This document shows positions 58,090 through 64,000 of a stretch of 64,000 bases of DNA, piece by piece. Both the position numbers and the translations under genes were made by a program. Source of the stretch: Amphiscolops sp. MND2022 (lineage: Eukaryota); NCBI GenBank assembly GCA_964187785.1, contig OZ076415.1:62186001-62250000 (forward strand), read 5' to 3'. Numbering within the stretch: position 1 is the stretch's first letter; the number at the start of each line of letters is the position of its first letter. Below the pieces are notes generated by a model, which worked only from the letters and a program-made list of their open reading frames with translations, made no database searches and was not told where the DNA came from.

Positions 58090-60830
58090 GGTTTTGTTTC
58101 ATATATGCATTGCTTCACTGTGGTAATTGTTTTTCGGAGAGATTCGCACACGACCAACTGTGGTATTCCTGCACACGCGCTGAAGTGTCAGAAGCCTGCA
58201 ACGCTCTGAAGTGTCAGAAGCCCTCAGGGTTGATAGATTGGGTAACATGTAGGCTTTGCAACGGAAGGGTTCAAATAAAATGCGCCAATTTATCAAAAAC
58301 GGAGACCTGGAGCCTTGCCGACTTTAAATGTTGTAGGTGCTCTTCAGTGAACACTATCCCTCAGTGTCACGATGATAACTTTGGACAAGACACACTTTTA
58401 ATTCATCCGTTGTTCTTTTGAAAAGAGTTCTTTTGAAAAGAGTCCTAAAAATTCACGGATTCTCCTAGCTGAAAACTTGATAAACAAAATAAATGACATT
58501 TGAATGTTAAGGCCGGAATCAGATTGGCAGTAGGCAATACAAGATTGCAGATTTCACGGTTGACCACTACACGGCCCTCAAGCTGAAACATCCGCAGAAT
58601 GAAACTTGCTATGTTCTGGACCCCACAGATTTCGATTGTTTTTCAATTGCGGAGTTTTTTGTCCACCAAGCTCTCAAGTCCTTCCCCAACGCCTCTAGTG
58701 CAGGGTTGGATGATGTTTCGCCCCAACGTTTGAAGGATTTGACTGCCAAGTCGAACGGGCAAACGGGACTGATTTTTCACAGAGCCTTAACAAATCTTTT
58801 GAATGTGATTCTCGAAGGAAAAGTTCCTTTCGAACTACGGCCGTACTTCTTTGGTGCGAAACTAATTGTGCTAAAAAGGCCGATGGAGGGCTTCGTCCTG
58901 TCGCTGTAGGCAATACTTTCCATCGGTTGTCCGCGAAATCTGCCGGATACCATGTCTTCGAATCACGTCAAGCAAGATACGGAAGTCAACAAGTAGGTGT
59001 AGGCACGAAAAGTCTGAATTGGCCTCACATGTTTTTCCTTGTTTGATAGAAAGCCCCCAACCCATAGAAAACGTAATTTTGAAAATTGACTTCAAAAACG
59101 CTTCCAATTCGAAAAACCAACAATTCGTGTTAGAGAAAACTTTTGGAATACACACTGAAGTTTATAAGTACTCACACTCGGCGTACAGTCAGCCAAGTTA
59201 TCTTTTTTACGGTGATTCATAACCAAATCATGTGAAGGGTCCCAGCAAAAAAACCAGAGTCTCCAGCTTTATTTTTGGATTCCATTCAGGATCTGATTGA
59301 CAGTTTGGAGTCGAAAATAAATTTATGGTACCTTGACGAGGGAAATTCAAGTGATGATTAAAGAACGGTTTTGAAAGATATCAAAACAATTGTTGAAGCT
59401 GAAAAACGCTGGGACTCAAAATTACACCCACGAAATGCGAAATTGTTTTCCTTGGTCACATCAGTGAAAAATGATGATCGACAAATTTTTGCATCTTCGC
59501 AGAAACTTTTGCCCCGGGATCAGAACACCAAAGAAAGATAAACTTATTATTCTTGGATCACTGCTCGGCCTGAAATCACAAGAAGACTTATTGGAAACAA
59601 AAAGCATTGAACTGGAAAAAGTTAACGGAATTATTTCTAAAAATAGATGCGCATTATGGATTTTTTCTGTTGAAAAACTGCTACAGTCTGCCAAAGTCTT
59701 ACCTCCTGAGAACCAGTTCATGTTTTAATCTTCCAGCTCTCTTGGAAAAGTATGACAAAACCGTTCGCGACGGGCTTTCCAAATGTGTGTAACGTGAACT
59801 TCGACAATATTTTGAGTACTCAGCTGGCTCTTCCTGTTGAAATAGGTGGTCTTGGAGTTTCATCCACATCATAATTAGCACTTTCCGCCTTTTTGGCCTC
59901 AGCTAATGTTGCGAGTGACTTTCTCACAACGATTTTTTCGGAAACGTTCGAAGATGTTTCGTTTACAAAAGCGCTTGAGAAATTGTTGAATTTAACGAAA
60001 GAACTGGAAAATCCTCTCGATGGAACACAGAAAAATTGGACAAAACCTGTCTACATCAAAACCGCCCAAGATATGTTTTCTAGAGTGGATGAAAAACGTT
60101 CGAAAGTTTTCAACGCTCATCAAGGCAGATTCGTTTCTCAGTGGCTGAAAGTCGTTCCTTGCAAGAACCTAGGCCTGTAACTTGATAATCAACAGCTTCG
60201 GATTTCAATTGGTTTACGTCTCGGAGCCATTTTCTGTGTTGCGCATACGTGCCACTGTAGTAAAAGAGTTGAACGGAACGGTTTACACGGTCTTTCTTGC
60301 ACCAGGAGTCTTCTCACGTCACGCGACTCTCAATTCTTTCATAAAGCAGACGTTCGGATCACTCGACTTGCCTTCAATGCTGGAACCACGCGGACTGTAC
60401 CGAACCGATGGCAAACGCCCAGGGAGTGTTACCATGATTCCTTGGGAAATAGATAAACAGCTGGTGTGGGATGTCGGGGTTGTGGATGCTCTTGCAGCCA
60501 ATCGCCTGAATCAAGTCTCTTTATGCAACCCAGGAACGAACCACCGCCACCGAGACTGGAGCGCGTGAAATTGTGAAGTATCGCGAATTAATACACAATG
60601 GATACATTTTTCACACGGTAGCCTTGGAAGTACAGGGTTTTTTAGGCAATAACAGTTAACTTTCATCACGCGTCTCTGCAAAATGCTCTGTCGCTCGCAC
60701 GACAATCAACGAGCTGGCAGCTCTTTGAAGCGACAGATTTCAATGGCTCTTCAGATCGGCAATGCGGCCTGTGTTCTATGAACTGCGAGCGACAGAGAAG
60801 AACCTTATTACATAAAGATTATATTTAAAC
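58090..60830 (+). mobile_element. Decayed CRE-like non-LTR retrotransposon (PHD finger, RT, zinc knuckle, restriction-like endonuclease)
   Basis: PHD-like CRLCNGRVQIKC...FKCCRC; RT AGLDDVSPQRLKDL, FFGAKLI, QVGVG, KIDFKNA, WYLDEG; knuckle CHC...HGLSC; SRHATLN; RLE LEPRGLYRTDGKRPGSVTMIPW...VWDV; terminal QISMALQIGNAACV. Confidence 0.8.
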
Positions 60831-61166
60831 CTCTATATCATTGCAGCTTTAAAAAACTCGACTGGAATAATGGCTGGTATGAGTAGTTTGTTGGTTGTTT
60901 TTTTGTTACTGGTCTACTGGGATAGTGGCTGGTATCAGGTCTAGATGGCTGAAAGCCGACCAGCTGAACGGCTGATCTACAGCCGATGAAACGATTGAGG
61001 TCAAAATAGATAGCAGACTTGACAGGTACCTGCAAGACAGTGAACTTAATTGTTTTTTTTCTGGCACTTGCTGTGACCTGTAAGCAATAGTCTTTATATC
61101 GCCTTCAATTTTTTTGTGTCATTGCAATATTCAATTCAATTAATAATCACTGTATCAGTTTTGAGA

Positions 61167-61180
61167 GGTTATGGGTCCAG
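61167..61180 (+). promoter_or_regulatory. Copia-type half-tRNAi-Met primer-binding site GGTTATGGGTCCAG
   Basis: One mismatch from GGTTATGGGCCCAG of Drosophila copia-type elements; ~100 nt upstream of the gag ATG at 61282. Confidence 0.75.
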
Positions 61181-64000
61181 ACCATAACTGACATACAACG
61201 ACGACAACTCCACCTCGACGATCACAGCCTAACCAGTCCTGATCAACCAGTTGACGTGGAGCTAAGCAGTCAGCAGCCGAGATGACAGCCACGCACTCGA
61301 AGTTGAAGAAGCTCTCCTTCTCTGGCAAAGACGAGGATTTTGCGGCGTTCAGCGAGCAGTTCGAGGCGAGGTTGCACATGCTCAACCTGGGGAAGTGCCT
61401 CGAGGACAACCTGATTGAGCCTGCCTACAAAGAAGACGAGTCGAGGGGAGAAGAAACTGCCAGGTTCAAAGCAGAGGACGAGGGGAAGAAGCAGCGCTTC
61501 ATGGTCTGGTGCAAACTTGTTCAGTGCTTGGACAAGGCTTCATCCGCCTTCACACGCCACACGGGGTGGAAGCCTGGAAAGCCGTTTTGGCGAAGCACCG
61601 CAGCACCGAGAGGCCCCGCATCCAGACGTTGCTCACTCAGCTGGCTGGATTGAAGATGGCTCCAGGGGAGAAGGTGACTGACTACCTCACCAGGGCTGAG
61701 GGAATACGACTGGACCTTCAAGAAGCAAGCGAGATGACTTCCGATGCGATGTTCAGCTCGATGTTGTTGTAGGGCCTTCCTCCAACTTTCGAGAGCATCG
61801 CGACGTTTCTCAACTTCGGACAACGAAAGTGCTACGAAGAGATGAAGCAGAACCTCATCAATTTTGCCGACACGAGGGCAGAGCCTGGCACTGACGTAGC
61901 TTCAACTGCATTCTACTCAAGCGGGCGCAACAGCAGCAGGAAGATCACGTGGTTCAAGTGCCAAAAGGAGGGTCACATGGCGAGGGCCTGCAGGTCAAAG
62001 GAAAGCAGGGCCTGCTTCAAGTGAAAATCGAAGGGCTATCTTGCAAGGGATTGCAAAAGCAAAAAGGGGAGTCCAGTTGCACCAGAAGGGGTCCAGAGAA
62101 GCAAGGCTTTTTCAGATTCCGAAACTTTGAAGGGGCTTCAGAGGAAAGAGGATTCGAGCTTTTGGTCGTCTTGGGTTGCAACGAGTTCATGCTAAAGGAC
62201 AGGGCTCTCTTCATGGAACTCGACGAGGCATTCAACACTGATGTGGGCAATGCCAACGGGAGTCAAACACGAGTGGAAGGTAGAAGCACAGCACGATGTG
62301 GGGTGCTGTGCAGCAAGGGCAGGATGTGTGAGCTCGAGCTGAAGCAGGTCTTCTGGGTACCCACATATACGCGCAACCAGATATCAGTGAAGAAGCTAGC
62401 CGAGCAGGGTGCAATGGTCAGCTTCAGGAAGAAAGCCAACATCAGGACACAAGACGGGACCCTCCATCCTTTGGTTTGTACCAGTGATGACCTATACACT
62501 CTTCGTGTTCTTCCTTTTGTGTGTAACCTTGGACCAAGAGCGCTCCCAGTGGAACGTCTCCAGGGCATTGCACATAGATGTGGAAGTCGCAAGGGTTGGT
62601 CACCATGGTTGGGCAGCCATGCAGCCCAAAGGAGAACCCTGGTGCAGTGGCACAGGGCACTGTGACACAACAACTTCAATGATGTGGCACGGCTATCGAA
62701 GCTAGTCGACGGTATGCACATCTGGAAGGACGGAGCAGCGGGCCATTGTGACACATTCGCAGAAGAGAAGGCCAAGCGTGCACCTGTGAACAAGGCATCG
62801 GGTACCAAGAAGCTGGACATTGTTCACACTGATGTGCTGTGGTCAATACATCAGGAGTCATACGAGGGTTTCCGATATGCATTCGGATTCCTTGACAGCT
62901 ACTCTCAATATGCTGTCATGTACCCAATGCGGACACGAGACAAGGTCATTGAGAAGCTGGAACAATTCATTACGGACGTCGGTTCACCTGAAACACTGGT
63001 CTCCGACAGGGCACAAGAGTACAAATCACGGGGTTTCAGCGAGGTGTGTCGCAAGAATGGCATTCGGAAGGAGTACTCAGCGCCCTACACTCCACAGGAG
63101 AATGGCAAAATTGAGCGCGTGTGTGGCACTGTCACAAGAATGGCGAGGTGCATGCTCGAGACGGCGTGTCTGCCAAAGCAACTTTGGTCTCATGCTTTGG
63201 CTACATCTTTCTATGTCAAAAACCGATGTTTTCACTCTGCGCACAACAGTACGCCGGATGAAATGTTTTTTGGTGAGAGACCAATTCTGAGAGAGATGCA
63301 ACCTTTTGGATGTCGAGCGTTTGTTCTCACCGAGGACAGGAAGGAACTTGACAGCAATGCCCAGACGGCGCGATTCAGGGCATCAAGTTCCGGCAATTGG
63401 ACATAAAGACAGCCTCCCTCAGTGCACCCATAGACGAAGAGACTTCTCTGGAGCAGCCAGAAGGGTTCAAGCAGGGCGACGGCGACATGGTCTGTATACT
63501 CAAGAGATCGCTATACGGGCTCAAACAATCAGGGCGCAACTGGTACGAGTGTCTATCGCATCGACTGGAGCAGCTGGGGTTTCACTCTTCGCAGCACGAC
63601 AATTGTTTTTGGAAACAAAAGAGGGGCGACCATCATTGCTGGGCACTGGCGTGGGTTGACGACATCGTCTACGGTCCAAGCGACGAGGACTTTGGACAAT
63701 GGTTTGAGGCAGAGGATGGCAATTGGTGACATTGGCCCTCTTGCGTGGTTCCTGGGCATTGCATTCAAAGCAGAACAAGCTGATTTAACGTTGAGCCACA
63801 AGCAGTACAAATCAACCTTGCAAACGAAATTCGGGATGCACAACTGCAAGATCGCTTCTGCTCCCTAACTAGAGTAATGTGCACTGAGCAAAGACGACCA
63901 GCCGGAAGACGGTTCAGAGGTTGTTTCTGTGATAGCTGGATGCGACTACCGAGGACTAGTGGGAAGCATCTCTTATCTGGCGATGACGACGAGACCTGAC
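61167..64000 (+). mobile_element. Decayed Ty1/Copia element (gag, PR, IN, partial RT); runs off window end
   Basis: gag FSGKDEDFAAF; knuckle FKCQKEGHMARAC; decayed protease; WHRAL; IN VHTDV, LVSDRAQEY, PQENGKIER; RT QLDIKTA, LKRSLYGLKQSGRNW, AWVDDIV, YRGLVGS. IN-before-RT order; internal deletion at ~63378. Confidence 0.92.

Overview
AT-rich eukaryotic (animal-like) genomic DNA made almost entirely of transposable elements; no prokaryotic features. In order: (1) an intact APE+RT LINE (ORF1 tail at 1-444, ORF2 at 616-3456); (2) a gag-only BEL/Pao LTR element (4768-10792, minus strand) whose leader holds a 264-bp-armed inverted repeat; (3) a rhodopsin-class GPCR gene or pseudogene on the minus strand, split by Gypsy and LINE relics (11901-17408); (4) three copies of a non-autonomous repeat with subterminal inverted repeats, further Gypsy relics and a 40-bp palindromic array; (5) a young 15,512-bp Ty3/Gypsy element (28850-44361, minus strand; 1147-bp LTRs differing at 10 sites; perfect TGTAG target-site duplication); (6) decayed CR1-group LINEs, a CRE-like RLE non-LTR element and a Copia relic. 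The main find lies inside element (5): between pol and the 3' LTR is an intact antisense 7-exon gene of 1091 codons (30914-35323, plus strand). All six introns are GT-AG and phase-compatible, and the product looks like a BED-finger hAT transposase that has lost its catalytic motifs. Family assignments come from motif recognition by eye; no database searches were run.
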